64,000 nucleotides of DNA from Parasitella parasitica NRRL 2501. Taxonomy: Eukaryota > Fungi > Mucoromycota. The translations under genes and the position numbers were made by a program. The stretch lies in the NCBI GenBank assembly GCA_025201805.1, contig MU619315.1:1-64000 (forward strand). The letters are read 5' to 3'. The notes under the pieces are model-generated. The model was not told the DNA's origin. It did not search any database and saw only the letters and a program-made list of their open reading frames with translations. This document shows positions 1 to 12,856 of the stretch, one piece after another (positions within the stretch are counted from its first letter, which is position 1; the number at the start of each line of letters is the position of its first letter).

Positions 1-2666
1 ATTCTGATATGAAAATTTGTGATATCATATGATAACTTTATAGATATCAATGAAAACATGGATGTCAATGTTGTTGCCAGATAGCGCCAAGTCAAAGGGA
101 GTGAATTGAATATTTTTACTATTTTCTTCTTTTTTTTTTTATATATCAAGAATCACCCGCTGCGCTTATTTGTAAAGCTTTGTACAACGATGTTGATTTT
201 GTTGATAATGACACATTAAATTTAGCAATTTTTCTATTGTGACCCTTTCTTGTCTTGAATAGACAGCATATAACGATGCCTTCTTTGAATATATGTTGTA
301 TCAGAGTTACAAAATTCAGATAGCTCATTGATTAAAAGAAGGCCCTCTTTATAAGTTTCGAGGTGTTATTCTTAAATAATCTGCTAAGCAACTCTTTTGC
401 CTAAAAATCAAATGACTTTGGGACCAATAATTTACTCGTAACTCAAATAACTTTTTTATTTGAGCAGTAATTTGCTTTAAGTCTGAGTCTGTGTAATAAG
501 TCTCTAATCATTTGAAGTGTATGATGAACCACTAATTACGTTTTTAAAAAGAAATAAAGTACAAAAGGGTATTGAAATCTGCAATATTATTTGAACGTTA
601 CTCATTATTTAAAACTCTGAAGCTACCCAGCAAATAACACAAGACAATTAATTGGTACGTCAAAGATCTTCTAGAATGGTAATTTTTTCAAAAAGACAGG
701 GTAACATGTAGGATCTCTGCCTTCAAACTCCAAACTAAATTTCCGGTCTACAATTCATAAAACTTCTCAGCTCAGCGTCATTATAATACGGTTGATGAGG
801 AGGCCATATGTTTATATCATAGATTAGATCTAAAATACGTCTAGGCATTAACAGTGAGACAAGGCAGCCTCAAGGTTCGCTCATATTAAACAAGTGCCTC
901 ATATTACAAGCAAAAAAGCTCCAGTGAAGGAACGAGCAATGTTTTTACTAAAGCTTGTTTAAGAAGGTTGAGTTTGGTGAAAACATGCACAAGCTTTTGA
1001 GCAATAAGCAAGCTTGGCTCAAATATGGATCAACTTCAGTTTGTCATTGTGTAATGACCTCAATGAATAAAAGTATTCCTATCCTCAAAATTAATTTGAT
1101 AATGACATGCGGAGGTATATTTTTAAAAGATCTTTTGTTTCATTGAATTCTTTTATGAGATCTCCTGAATCAAATTTCGAGGCATGCAACTCTATTTAAT
1201 TGCATGAGAAAGCAAATATAGGCAAACAACATCTCTGCCGATTTCAAGTACAAGCCTGCGTTAGAATCCTGTTTAATACAGCTCCTCAAAACTAAAATAC
1301 TTTGCAAAGAGAAGCATCTTTCGATGACAAAGAGGTATCGAGAAAGAGTAAAAACTAGTTGCTACGAAACGATTTGTGCAGTTACCGAAACAAGCACGCT
1401 AATTTCTTTGATAAACGATGTTGAATGAGCCAACTTGGTGAGTATTTTCAATTCAGGAGCCAACCATACGAAAAATTACTTGGAAATATATGTCTTAATA
1501 TAAATCGATGGCTGAAATACTGTAAACTTTAGCTTCAATGCTGTTTTATGTAGCTTTCAATTTTGAGACATGATCTCCAATGTGTAGTAATCTATGTAAA
1601 TTATGGCGATATTGAGTTCAATCATTCAATGATTGATCATATGCAAAGCTCCTTTATTTGTAGGATTTTGCACCGGTTTTAATACAGTATGATTTACATC
1701 TTAATTACTAATAGTTATAAAATAAAACCATGGTGCCTTTTTTATGTTTTTCAAGACGATTGGCAACATCAGAAATCATAAAACATTCGAATTTGAACAG
1801 TTGCAATGTACTGTGAAGGCACTTTAAACATTTAATTTATAGATTACACCTTGCATATCCTTAAATGTTACTCCTTAAAAATAGCCAATGCTGTTTTAGG
1901 TGACACTGGAGAGATTAAGAGTAATGTCGAAGTTTATAGCTTGCAGCTTTGAAAAATATGCAGAAAATGCTTTTAAACTAAAGAGGGAAAAAAAAGAAGT
2001 TGTCAAGATGAAAAGTATTTTCACACTTTACAATAAATACAATCCTTGATAAAATTACTACCTTTGTAGTCCAAATCTCAAGACTTCATGTATCGGGTCA
2101 AAGCCCTCATCACATAATAAGAGTAAACTTGGCTTTTTCCGTACAATAAACATTCCATTCTATAAATATTACACAAGATGTCAAAAAAATAGGCATGTTA
2201 ATAGGTCTACATGTAAATGTAAATGTGTTGCTTCGACATTAATTACGCCTTTCTAACGCAACAAATATACACTAGTGGTGGCATAATAAATCGGTTCCGA
2301 TCGAATAGATTATGAAATAACCACCTAAAGGAATCACGATTGTCATGAATATGACTATATCAGCCTTGAAATGTCATTATTTCAACGCTACATACATGAT
2401 GTATTCAAGTCAAAAATACTCTCCTTTTCCTGCTTCTGATATAAGCGAATTACACACAAAAAGGCTCTTTAATGCAGAAGATTGCATTTAGACGCTATGC
2501 ATTATGCTCCTATTTGTTTAGTTCTCTTTCCCTCTCTTTCTATCGGTCTCTGTCTCTCTCACTTTTTTTTTATATGTATGTGTATTACTAATACCCTTTA
2601 ATCATGTATAATTTCAAGATCTTTCCTTTCTCTTTTCTTTGTTTCTAAAATAAAAAATTAAAAAAA

Positions 2667-5653
2667 ATGTCTCATCTCTCATACCAACATCCCCATTACA
2701 GTGGTGCAAATAGCAAAATCGCTCGACCATCTTCCATTGCATTGCCAACATCAGTTACTCAATCTATACAAACAACAACAAACAATGGTAACAAAAAGAA
2801 ACAAGCAAAACAATCTGACTCTCGCTTATCAAAGTCTCAATCAATGCATCGACTGCTGTTGCAAGACGACGAAGCTGAGGAGCCAATGCACCGCAGGGCA
2901 TTATTAAGTCGTGCTACAACAACGCCTGTTCCAAGACCGTCTAGTTTAATCAAGCGGTTTTCAGATCACACTGCAATGAAGCGATGCAGCTCATTAATGA
3001 ATCCGCCATTACAGCAGTCGTTATCAAATACTACTACAGGTGATGGTGGCAGCAGCAATGGTAGTGGTAGTGGTGGTGGTGGCGACCTCGTTTCCAATAA
3101 GCATGATTTTAGATTGGGCCAAAGAGTATGTGTACCCACCCTTAATGTTATAGGCACAGTAAAGTATTTTGGTGAAACCAAATTCAAAGAGAAGGGCGTC
3201 TGGGTAGGCATCGAATTGGATTTGCTGGGCACTGGCAAAAACGATGGCTCAATTCAGGGGTAAAGAAAAGACATTATTGTTTGAGGTCAATTTACAATGC
3301 TAACTGATCTGTTTATTTTTTTTTATCCCCCTTAATTTTCTTTTACATATACATAGTGTTCGCTACTTCTCCTGTGCTCCTAATACCGGCCTCTTCGTCT
3401 TGGCAGCTAAAGTTGTTGCCCTTGAAGACAGCCCAAAGAAGAAGATTATACCTCGTACCAGCAAAACCACAGCCGTTGCCACTACCAGAAAAAGTCAGTC
3501 TGCAACGACCAAAAGAAAGAGCATGATCATCACATCTTCCACTACGACTACGACTAGCAGCAGCACATCGAGCACTACAACCACCACACGACAGACTACT
3601 ATTCCTAAACGACATCGGTCTGCTACAACTACAAACCCTCCAATGAACCCTAGTAAATCAGCTCGTACATTATCCACTCGCTCCTCAAATGCTCCATTAC
3701 CTACTCGTAGTACGCCATCTGGTGCTCTAAAGAAAGCCTCCACATCTACAAAAACAAGCAAACCAGCGCTTAAAAAGTCCTCGTCCATGAGCACAAGCAG
3801 CTCGGATTGCCACCATCACCATCACAATCGACCATCGCAGCAGCAAGATAAGCAACACAGTACAAATGTAGAATTAGAGCGTATGCATGCGTTATTGGAG
3901 AAATCAATACAAGAAAAACAGGCTCTTTCGCAGCAAATGGATGGCCAGGAAGCCGCCTGGGAGCGTCTTGTCAGCGTTAAAGAAAGCTATGCTGTTCGTG
4001 TCCAAGAAAAAGACGATGAAATAACGAGACTTAAACGATTATTAGAGAACTCTAGCCAAGCGACACACGAGCTTGCTAAAATTACCAGTGAACGAGATTC
4101 AGCTCTTTCTAGGGCTTCCATGTCTGAGGCAATGGAAAAGCAGCACAGCAAAGTCATTGAACGGCTTGATGTGCGTATCAGAACGTTACAGCAGCAATTA
4201 GAGGCACATAAAAAGAGCCATGAAGCCACAGAGCGTGATCATATGGCCAAGATAGATCAAATTCGCAAGCAATTGATTGAACGAGATGAAGCCGCTGCCA
4301 TCGTTGAGCGTGAGTGCAGTGAGCTTCGCCAGGAGCACGTCAAGACGATCAAAACATTTGAGACCGCTATGGAGCAACGCGAGAGAGAATACACAACAGC
4401 AGTGGCTAACAAAGATGCACATATTGCAAAGCTGCAGCATATGGTCAACGATCTAATGTATCCTTCCACGGCTTCTCCCATCACCGAAGATGATTCAACA
4501 AGACGTCGATTAGAGGCGCAATTAGAACTCACGACGAGTGAACTAGACAAAGAGCGAGAGCTCATTAAATCACAGGCGCTCGATATTAACCAGCTCAAAG
4601 ACGAGATCAAGCGACTTCATCGGGTTTCAGTGTGCTCCTCGTCTGATTTTTATCAAATTCGATCCGAGTTAGAGCATGAAATCGAGGACAAGCGGCGCAT
4701 CATGGAAGAAGCCAACGCAGCATTAGAAGTGCAAGCCAAATTAGAGGAAGAGAACGAGCGTATTAAACTGACTAGTGAAAAAACGCAACGAGATCTAACA
4801 GATGTCCTGAAGAAACTAGCTACAACCGAAAAAGAGCGGGGATCCGCTGATCTGCTAGCAAAGTACAGTCAGCTTGAAGCTGAGAACGAGAGACTCCATC
4901 TGCAGCAAAAGCAAACTGAGCATGAATGCATGCGGCTCATGGACGAACTGCTCGCGATTGAAAAGGTTGAATCAGTAGCCGCTCCTGATCATGGACAGGA
5001 CGATAAAATGTACAGACGTGAAATTGAGCAGCTCAAGCTCCAAGTCGACCGAGAAATTAGACGTTACGACGACTTGGAGCAGACTAAAGAGGCCAAGATT
5101 CGTAGGCTTTACAAAGAGCTGTCAGATTTAGAATCTCTTGTAGAAAACAAAGTGTTTAGTGAGACAGAGCTGGAAGAGGCCATTGAATGTGAAAAGCGAA
5201 AAGTCAGAATGCTGGAAGGTCGACTCCGGGAAGAACAAGAAAAGAACAGAAGGCTACCTATCCATGCTCCTCTGTCGCCAACATCTCCACAGTATTCCTT
5301 ATTTCATAGACAGCATCAGCAACCAAAGCGATCATCCACTGGCTCATTCTCCCTGATGACAAGTACCAGCATGGACACAGTATCTGACCATGGCAATTTA
5401 TTAGAAAGCGTATACTGTGAGATATGCGAAGAATACGGTCATGAAGTTCTGACATGTAATGCATACAAACAGAAGACCATGATTGATAATGATGATGAGC
5501 ACTATGGCCGATCTTCTGTAAGCTACAATGATTTGTAAATGATGCGTTGCTTGGTTACTGATTTCTCTTTGTGTTGTATAGTACTGCGTGAACTGTGATG
5601 TCTTTGACACTCACTCAACAGAAGATTGTCCAAGTCAAAATGAAACATTCTAG
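2667..5653 (+). CDS. CLIP-170/Bik1/Tip1-like microtubule plus-end protein (CAP-Gly, coiled coil, two Zn knuckles); 3 exons
   Basis: CAP-Gly GTVKYFG...WVGIELD...GKNDGSIQG|VRYFSC...GLFV spans intron 3260-3356. A long coiled coil follows, then YCEICEEYGHEVLTC. The spliced last exon reads YCVNCDVFDTHSTEDCPSQNETF*. Confidence 0.88.
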
Positions 5654-6015
5654 TTTTAGAGCCCCTGTAGTATTTAGTAAATAGTGTGTATTTGTGTATT
5701 TGATAGACTATTCCCTCCGAAAAGAATCAACATAATAATGTACAATATATGTGTACGCTCATGGGGCGAACACATATCTTGGTAAAGTATATAAATGTTT
5801 TTTTTTTTTTTTTNNNNNNNNNNNNNNNNNNNNNNNNNNNNNNATCCTTCATAAAATACTAGAACTAGCTTGCGCAAAAAGGGAGGCTTTAACAAAGAAC
5901 GCTGCAACAATGAGAAAAATACACGCTTAGATTGAACATGATGCACGTAGTGTGCATATTTTTCAATTGTTTACTAAAGTTGCATGTGTTCTGAAAGCAA
6001 ATATATTATAGAGTG

Positions 6016-7284
6016 TTATGTAATAGTGGATGGCTGCACATCTTCATGTTCTTCATGTTCTTCAGGCACAGTTGCAGGATCAATCATAGGGGGGCTAAAG
6101 TAGCAGTATTAGATTTCAAGGAGATTAGTACACAGCAGCGTCGTAGACAATCAAATTACTCGGCTTACCTTGGTCGACGGCCCTTGTTTTTATGTGCCTC
6201 CTGTACTTTGGCAGCAGAAGGATGCTCCATTGGAGTCAACAGCTCAAAACTGCATAGTAGTTCCTCGTTGATGCTCATGATGGCTCCAAAATTATCAAAC
6301 TCGCCACAGTAGTTGGGAGCACTGAACACTGTAACCAGTGTCCTTTCGTTGAAGAACTGGTATCCATCTTCCACTACCATGTGAGCTCTGCACACCAGAT
6401 CCAAATCATGTTTTGACAAGAATTCATTGACTATTTTTTTACCAAAGCAGTAAGAGACGCCTCGCTCGTTATCCTCCCATTCAATCGCTGTATCTGACGG
6501 ATCCGACCAAAGCAGATCATTCAATAATCCATATTCAGGGACGTCGGTGGGCCGCATAATATTCCTTACATCATCCATTGTGTGCAGAGATGGGCTCAAG
6601 CCACCATGAACGCAGAATATTTTACCTGCCACCAAGGCTGCAATTGGCAGCGTATTAAACACATCCACAAACGTCTTCCATACCTTGGTATTTGTCCTGC
6701 GTTTGCATTCATCGTAAAATCCATAAACACGGGTCACGTTGGCGCACTCGTGGTTTCCTCGCAGCAAAAAAAAGTTTTCAGGATACTTGATCTTGAAACA
6801 AAAGAGTAGCAATATCGTCTCTAGACTCTGTTTTCCTCTATCGACATAATCGCCCAAAAACAAGTAATTTGAATCAGGAGGAAACCCACCCTATTTTTGC
6901 ATTCAAGGATTTAATAATGGGTCTTTTTTTTTTTTTTTTTTTTTCACTCCCTCTGCTTATACTACCATTTCAAATAATCGTATTAAATCGTGAAATTGGC
7001 CGTGTATGTCGCCCAGTATCTTGACGGGCGGATTCAGCTCGATCAGACTAGGTTGGCTCAGAAACACCTCTTGCGCTGCTCTACAGATAGCGACTATTTC
7101 TGAATTCCTAAAGCAGATCGATTTGGTCACTTTGTTCTTGGCTCCCACATCCATCAAACGATTGATGCACTCGTCGATGTCTAAATTCCAACCTATTGAT
7201 CTGATCGACGTTGCTGTGAGTTGGTTCTGCGATGTAAAAGTGAGCTGGTTTTCTGCAATGGGGCTATGTAATGGTGGGGATATG

Positions 7285-7317
<33 letters not shown>

Positions 7318-7502
7318 ATAAACGCATTCTGTGCCGCTGGTATAGACGTCGGTTTGTTGCCATTGTTTCTCTGGATGCTTGAGTTTATGAGGATCGAGTT
7401 TACTGAGGTGGCTGTGGCATTGGATATTTCGTTGTCTGGTACTTCAGATCGTACAATACTGGGCCTGTTATCTTTTCTCTTTTTCGAAATGTTATTACCC
7501 AT
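6016..7502 (-). CDS. PPZ1: PPZ-type Ser/Thr protein phosphatase (PP1-related, N-terminal extension); 3 exons
   Basis: PPP motifs [30 protein letters not shown]. The N-terminus MGNNIS fits myristoylation and is followed by a low-complexity polyQ extension. The last exon reads [26 protein letters not shown]. Confidence 0.9.
7287..7317 (-). repeat. (CAG)n microsatellite encoding polyQ in the PPZ N-terminus
   Basis: About 10 TGC units on the + strand; the ORF reads [12 protein letters not shown]. Confidence 0.9.
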
Positions 7503-7611
7503 AATTTCATAAATAAAATAGAAAAAAGAAGAAAAAAGGGGGATTTATTTTCTGTGTGAATTATAGTGTACGACTCTGGCAGAATGTGATGTTTCTCACG
7601 TGTGGGCTTGC

Positions 7612-9684
7612 TTAGTTCTTCTCTGCTCGCTTCAAACAGTGACGAACAAGCGCTTTTGCCTTTTTGGTGGAATAATACATTTGCTTTGGGACCAGCTCCT
7701 CCCTGTTGGCTACTCCCGTTTTCACAGCCATAGAGACACTGGCTGCTTGCAGTTCATTGATATCGGTATGCCATACTTGCTGGCTGTCCACAGACCCTTG
7801 TTTCAGGTCATTGTCGTATACAAAGCCAAATACGTCCCTCAGAATCGACTTAGTTTCGTTTTCGGAATCTGTAAATTCGACATGCTGAAACATGTAATCT
7901 ACAAAATAGCAGCTATCACAAATATACTGGTCGTGGATAGTTTGTACGATGGCGATGATGGATGACGGAACGCCGTTCATGTCCTTTTCCAGCAGTTGTG
8001 CAAGTATCTTGTCCAAGTCTGCTTCGTTTCCAGACTTCAGACAGAACACCAGTAGCCCCCAAAGAATTGAATATGATGTTCTTATCCTGCCATGTCCTAT
8101 TTCAAGCTTGCGGTTCCAAATCTCAAACGCTTTATTGCACATTAAGACTATATTGGCGGGTGAGCCCTTGCATTCATAGAGTAATGTACACAAGACAGGT
8201 TCAAGCACTCGGTCGTCGCATAGCAACTTGTCGAAATGGAGCCGCACCAGCAGGCTGTAAATGCTCATTGATTTTGTGTATCGAGCCTTTTTGTCCATCA
8301 TAATTTCTGGACTATTCGCTGCAATCGACAAAATGTCATGTAGAAACCCAGGCGCTTCGTTTTCATCAGGATGCAAGTATTCAGAGCACATAAATCTCGA
8401 ATAGACCTCCCATGCTCGATTCTCCCAGTAGGTCTGCCGTGATATGTTGGTGGCAGGGATTTGGCGAAACGCAGCCCAACACAGATGCATAGCAATACAA
8501 GGCGTGGCATCGTTGACTGCATCCCCCATGGCTTGGTACACCTGCCACCCATATTCAAACTGGCTGTTGTTCATTGCCACAAATATCATGGTGTTGTCAT
8601 TGTCAGTGCTGATGCGATCCACTTGCTGCTTTTTCGTCTCGATCTGCAGCTGTGTCAGCGCCCAGTCCTTCACGCCCTCTTTTTCCTCTTGGCTCTTGAT
8701 GGCTGCCATGTTCTCCTCACGCAGCTTTTCGTATGCCAGCTTCGTCTTGTGCCATTCTCCATCACTTGCGCTGAGCGTAGACTGGTAAAACATCCACAGT
8801 TTGAATTGATCTTGCTCGGTAATTTCACTCATCAAAGGCATTTCCATTCGAATCGGTTCAAGATCATTGGGGGCTACAGGATTGGTAATCTCCAAATAGG
8901 GTTTGCCATAATCTGACAGCAAGCCTTGTGCCTCCTGGCTCTGCTTGGGATCCTGCAAAAGATGGAGCATTATGGCAGTCTGGTAGCATAGCGTATCCCA
9001 TTCTCGCCTAGGTAAGGCATACATGGCCATCAGCGCAAGAGACTTGTAGTTTCTGTCCACCAGTGTGCTAACCACGGCAAGATGCGCCTCTCTCTGCAGA
9101 ACAAAGCCTGATTCTACCACTTTGGTGAACAATCGCCATAAAACAGACTCTTGGATATCGGGCGCTTTTCCGTCTGTTCTTGACATTTCGTCCACAATGC
9201 GGATAACGTTTGGATCGCATAAAGACTTGATAATTTGCGAGTATATTTTTGACACCTCGTCTTCGTCTTCTCCCTCTGTGTCTGTCATCTGTAGATGATC
9301 CAAGGCTTGCTGTAGTATTAGGATCGCATTGGACACATTATCGTTGTCTAGAATCTCGCTCATCACCCTCCGGCCCAGCTGTACGCTGTTTTTCCTCCTG
9401 CCATCATATAGGATCGAGTTGCGAGCACTGGTACTGGATGCTTGGTTACTGCTTGCTGCTGTTGTTGTTGATATTGATATTGAGGATTGATCGGCTTCAT
9501 AATCCTGCTGTTCTTGTTGCAATTGATAGCTTTCTCTTCGTGGCTGCGCTGCGAGGCTTTTATCTGCATTATTGAAGAGTAAACCAGACCAGCCTTCAAA
9601 GAAATTGTCAAACACAGGCGATTGTTTGCTCGCATCTCCTCCGAGACGCAATTGAGGATAGCTTTTTCTTTTGGCGTCTGTCAT
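7612..9684 (-). CDS. Uncharacterised ~690 aa protein, probably helical-repeat (PPR/TPR-like)
   Basis: Long uninterrupted ORF from MTDAKRK with amphipathic helical segments (e.g. NSQFEYGWQVYQAM). No family recognised with confidence. Confidence 0.75.
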   Translation of the reverse strand: MTDAKRKSYPQLRLGGDASKQSPVFDNFFEGWSGLLFNNADKSLAAQPRRESYQLQQEQQDYEADQSSISISTTTAASSNQASSTSARNSILYDGRRKNSVQLGRRVMSEILDNDNVSNAILILQQALDHLQMTDTEGEDEDEVSKIYSQIIKSLCDPNVIRIVDEMSRTDGKAPDIQESVLWRLFTKVVESGFVLQREAHLAVVSTLVDRNYKSLALMAMYALPRREWDTLCYQTAIMLHLLQDPKQSQEAQGLLSDYGKPYLEITNPVAPNDLEPIRMEMPLMSEITEQDQFKLWMFYQSTLSASDGEWHKTKLAYEKLREENMAAIKSQEEKEGVKDWALTQLQIETKKQQVDRISTDNDNTMIFVAMNNSQFEYGWQVYQAMGDAVNDATPCIAMHLCWAAFRQIPATNISRQTYWENRAWEVYSRFMCSEYLHPDENEAPGFLHDILSIAANSPEIMMDKKARYTKSMSIYSLLVRLHFDKLLCDDRVLEPVLCTLLYECKGSPANIVLMCNKAFEIWNRKLEIGHGRIRTSYSILWGLLVFCLKSGNEADLDKILAQLLEKDMNGVPSSIIAIVQTIHDQYICDSCYFVDYMFQHVEFTDSENETKSILRDVFGFVYDNDLKQGSVDSQQVWHTDINELQAASVSMAVKTGVANREELVPKQMYYSTKKAKALVRHCLKRAEKN

Positions 9685-10159
9685 TGTTTGAATATATACA
9701 TGCAAAGCTAAAGAGGGATGAGCAGATATAGTGCTGTTCTAGACCTTGTGTACAGGTTTTCAGAAAATGACCGGTTTCGAATCTCATTTGACATGTCTTG
9801 AAAGTATGTTTAAATGTCCAGGAAGAAGGGGTAAATGAAACAATTATTGATTATTGACACAAATGACATCCACCTGTTATCGCTCAAGAGCTACCTTACG
9901 CCCCCCCCCCCCACTCGTTGTATACCGTATTTAACTTTCATAAATGATCTATCGCTCAGCTCCAAATTTTGGCATGGCACCTCTCTTATTTACCATCACT
10001 GATACGATAAAAAAAACACACTCGATGTTGGGTTGAATGTATCGATTTTTTATTCTTTGTTTTGTTGCCATTTTCAATGACAAAATAACATCATTTCTAA
10101 AGCCTGGTAACAGATGTTGGTGATGTTGCTTCTGCTGCTGCGGTTGCTGCTGTTGCTGC

Positions 10160-10965
10160 TTAGACCTTGAAACCACGAGAGGCACGCTTACCACGAGCAC
10201 GCTCAAACTTACGACCCTTTGAACGGACAAAAGGCTTCTTGTTCTTATGAGGACCCATGCCAAAGTGCTTGACGGACTCACGAGAGTTCTTGGCACCACG
10301 GATGAGGAGGGTGTTGGCACCGGTAGGAGCACGAAGAGCTAATTGATCCAAGGTCAAAACTTCACCGCCGGCCTTCAAGATGCGAGCCTTGGCAGTCTTG
10401 GTAAAGTGAAGGGCAGCAACAGAGAGCTTGGGGAGGTCCAGCAAACGAGAATCATCGGTAACAGAGCCTACAACGACAACAGTCTTGCCTTCCTTGTTGT
10501 TCTTGACGATGCGAGAGACGGTGACGGGAGGGCGGTTGACACGAGACATAAAGAGTCGCTTCAAGACAACCTTGTTAAAGTTGGCGTCAGTGCGACGAGC
10601 GAGGAAACGGTAGAGCTACAGAGTGTATGAGTTAGTTCTGATTCGGCTCAAACAAAAAAAGGAAAATGCTCCAACCTTGACGAGCAAAGCCAAGTAGACA
10701 TTGTCAGACTTGGGAGCAGTGCGGTTGGAGTTCTTGACGTGGTGTTTCTTGATATCGATACCCTATTCATTGAACGTATAATGTTAGTCGCTTGTTTCGA
10801 CTTGTCTGTGATGTATCTCGCTCTTTTAATGAAATCCCAAATAAATTCACAATCATGCGTCCTCTCTACACAATATTCTCAAATCCATCGCCCATCTATC
10901 CAGTACATATATCTAACACCATCTCGCTATATTCCCAGTATAATCATTGTTGGATGCACTACCAT
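10160..10965 (-). CDS. RPL18: 60S ribosomal protein eL18; first exon is ATG only
   Basis: [29 protein letters not shown]|[15 protein letters not shown]...[22 protein letters not shown] at 10965-10963 sits in aaaaaATG|gtagtg context, and intron 1 has branch point GACTAAC. Confidence 0.95.
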
Positions 10966-11004
10966 TTTTTTATATATCTAGCAACCGGTCGTTAGGCTGT
11001 GTCC

Positions 11005-11016
11005 AAGAAGAGAGAA
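11005..11016 (-). promoter_or_regulatory. Pyrimidine tract (TOP-like initiator) upstream of RPL18
   Basis: Minus strand reads TTCTCTCTTCTT about 40-50 nt upstream of the RPL18 ATG, as is common at ribosomal protein transcription starts. Confidence 0.35.
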
Positions 11017-11626
11017 TCTTTAAATGGATTGCAAATTGGTTCATTTTTGGCATCACTCATTTGCCTCTGGCTTCGACTTCAACTGTGGTGCATCCGGTCC
11101 GGACATGTAACTAGATCGCACAATGATGGTTTAAGGTAGTTGTGCTTATTAGGAGGGTAATATGATAAGCTGTTGAACAGAAACATAATGACATATATTA
11201 AATGTTGCGAGGTATATGTGTTTATAAATTTTCTATACTTGATCCATTATAACCGTTTTAAAAGGAAAGAGTTTGGCTACCCGGACAACATGATGATCTG
11301 CATTTGAATCAGGCCATCGAAAAGCGTTCAGCCAGGGCAACCTGTCAAAGTTTTCAGTTACAATGGGATCGATATAGACGTATGAGAGCTATTATGCTGA
11401 GAGTGGTGTTGACGCCTTAACATTCAAGTATGGACCCGCATATCTGGCTCTAATCAATAGTATATCTCTTAGTTTGCAGCCCAGAAACTCATGCCATATA
11501 TCACGATGCCCACATCAGATTTTGCTCCACTTGGTTTCACTACCAGCAGTGACCGTAGATAAAAGCCAATTTTCTTTCAACATGCTCAACTTTTTTTCAT
11601 TTCCACAAACTAGCAACTAGTCGAAA

Positions 11627-12856
11627 ATGTCAGCTATCCGACCTCTTCTTTCCCAGTCTCTGCGTCAGACAATAGCTCTACGTGCGACGCACAGCGCCGG
11701 ATTGCAAGTAGCTGCTGCTGCACGCCGTACATTTGCTGCCTCTGCTCCCGACGCCACATTGTAAGTGTGTATTTGCATCATTATCAGACAGCTTCAATAA
11801 CACATTTCTTCAGACCTCCAGCAACCGGGGCGCCTACAAACAAAAAGGCATCGCCATCATCGCAGGACCCTCGTCTGCAAATGCTTTATGCCACAATGCC
11901 TTTTGTATCTCAATATGGCTGGTCCATGGAGAGTTTAATTCATGGTGCTCGTGCTTTGGGCTATCCTTCGGTAGCTCACGGCATGTTTCCTGACGGAGAG
12001 GCAGGTTTAATTGATGCCTATCTCTCTGAGCAGCGCAAGCAGTTTGCTCAATTGGCAAAAGAAAAGTTTATCAGTGGCGAGCTACAAAAGTAAGCAGACG
12101 ACACGTCTCTCATCTCCAGGCATTTAAAGATTAGTGTACATGTTTGTAGGCTTTCTATGGATGAAAGGGTTCAAATCTTGACATGGCTCCGTTTGGATAT
12201 GAATAAACCTTACATCAAAAAGTGGCCCGAGGTAAAAAGTCGAGCTTGAGGCATAGCGAACCAGGTCGAAACTAACGTCAATCCAACACAGGCGCTTGCC
12301 ATCATGGCACGCCCATCCAATGTTGCCATGTCTTTAAAGCATCTTGGGGACATTGCGGATGATATTTGGTATTATGCAGGCGACAAAAGTCCCGATGTAA
12401 GCAAAATACACGACGGATAAAGCTAAATTGCTAATGAGGCTGGATATAGATGAATTGGTACACAAAACGTGCTTCTCTGGCCGCTGTATATAGCACAGCC
12501 GATTTATACATGACCAAAGACACCAGTCCTGATTATGCCGAAACTGAGAGGTTTTTGGAAAGACGCTTGAACGAGGTTGCCTGGGTCGGTTCTTCTGCAC
12601 GTCAAGTAAAGTTTTGTTTGTGCGTGACAAGAGATAAGGAATTAATATGTATATTTTTAGCTGGGGACCATGTTGACATTTGGAGCTAAAAGCATGTGGA
12701 GTACTTTGGGCAACGTAAGTATTTATTTATGAGATGTATTCTAGACCCTGTGCTTTGTTTATTAATTATAATATTTATTTATATATTTATATATCTTTAC
12801 ATATATATTATATATATATATATATATTTTGTATGTAGCGTGGAGGCAGATTTTAA
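11627..12856 (+). CDS. COQ9: Ubiquinone biosynthesis protein COQ9, mitochondrial; ~7 exons
   Basis: Arg/Ser/Ala-rich presequence; DDIWYYAGDKSPD|MNWYTKRASLAAVYSTADLYMTKDTSPDYAETERFLERRL. Confidence 0.93.

Noticed and set aside
1-2600. Long AT-rich gene-free start of the window with short ORFs
   Set aside because: I could not support any protein motif, repeat boundary or RNA structure. It may be decayed mobile DNA.
5814-5843. N runs here and near 30405, 58031 and 59762
   Set aside because: These are assembly gaps next to homopolymer tracts in introns or intergenic DNA, not biology.
9765-9790. GGTTTCGAATCTC resembles a tRNA T-arm/B-box
   Set aside because: No cloverleaf, acceptor stem or A-box can be built around it.
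9901-9912. Recurring poly-C/poly-G tracts (also near 19993, 28187, 52351, 53172, 54327, 57701)
   Set aside because: They occur in promoters, introns and 3' regions alike, consistent with general homopolymer slippage in this genome.
10096-10162. Readthrough of the RPL18 stop would add AATAATAAAEATSPTSVTRL, ending in a PTS1-like TRL
   Set aside because: TAA-G is a tight stop context, TRL is a poor PTS1, and the CAG-rich UTR repeat explains the open frame.
11363-11376. ATGGGATCGATATA resembles the spliced RPL18 start (ATGGGTATCGATATC) on the opposite strand
   Set aside because: It is short, built around a self-palindromic ATCGAT core, and lies upstream of the likely RPL18 transcription start. 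It is probably chance.
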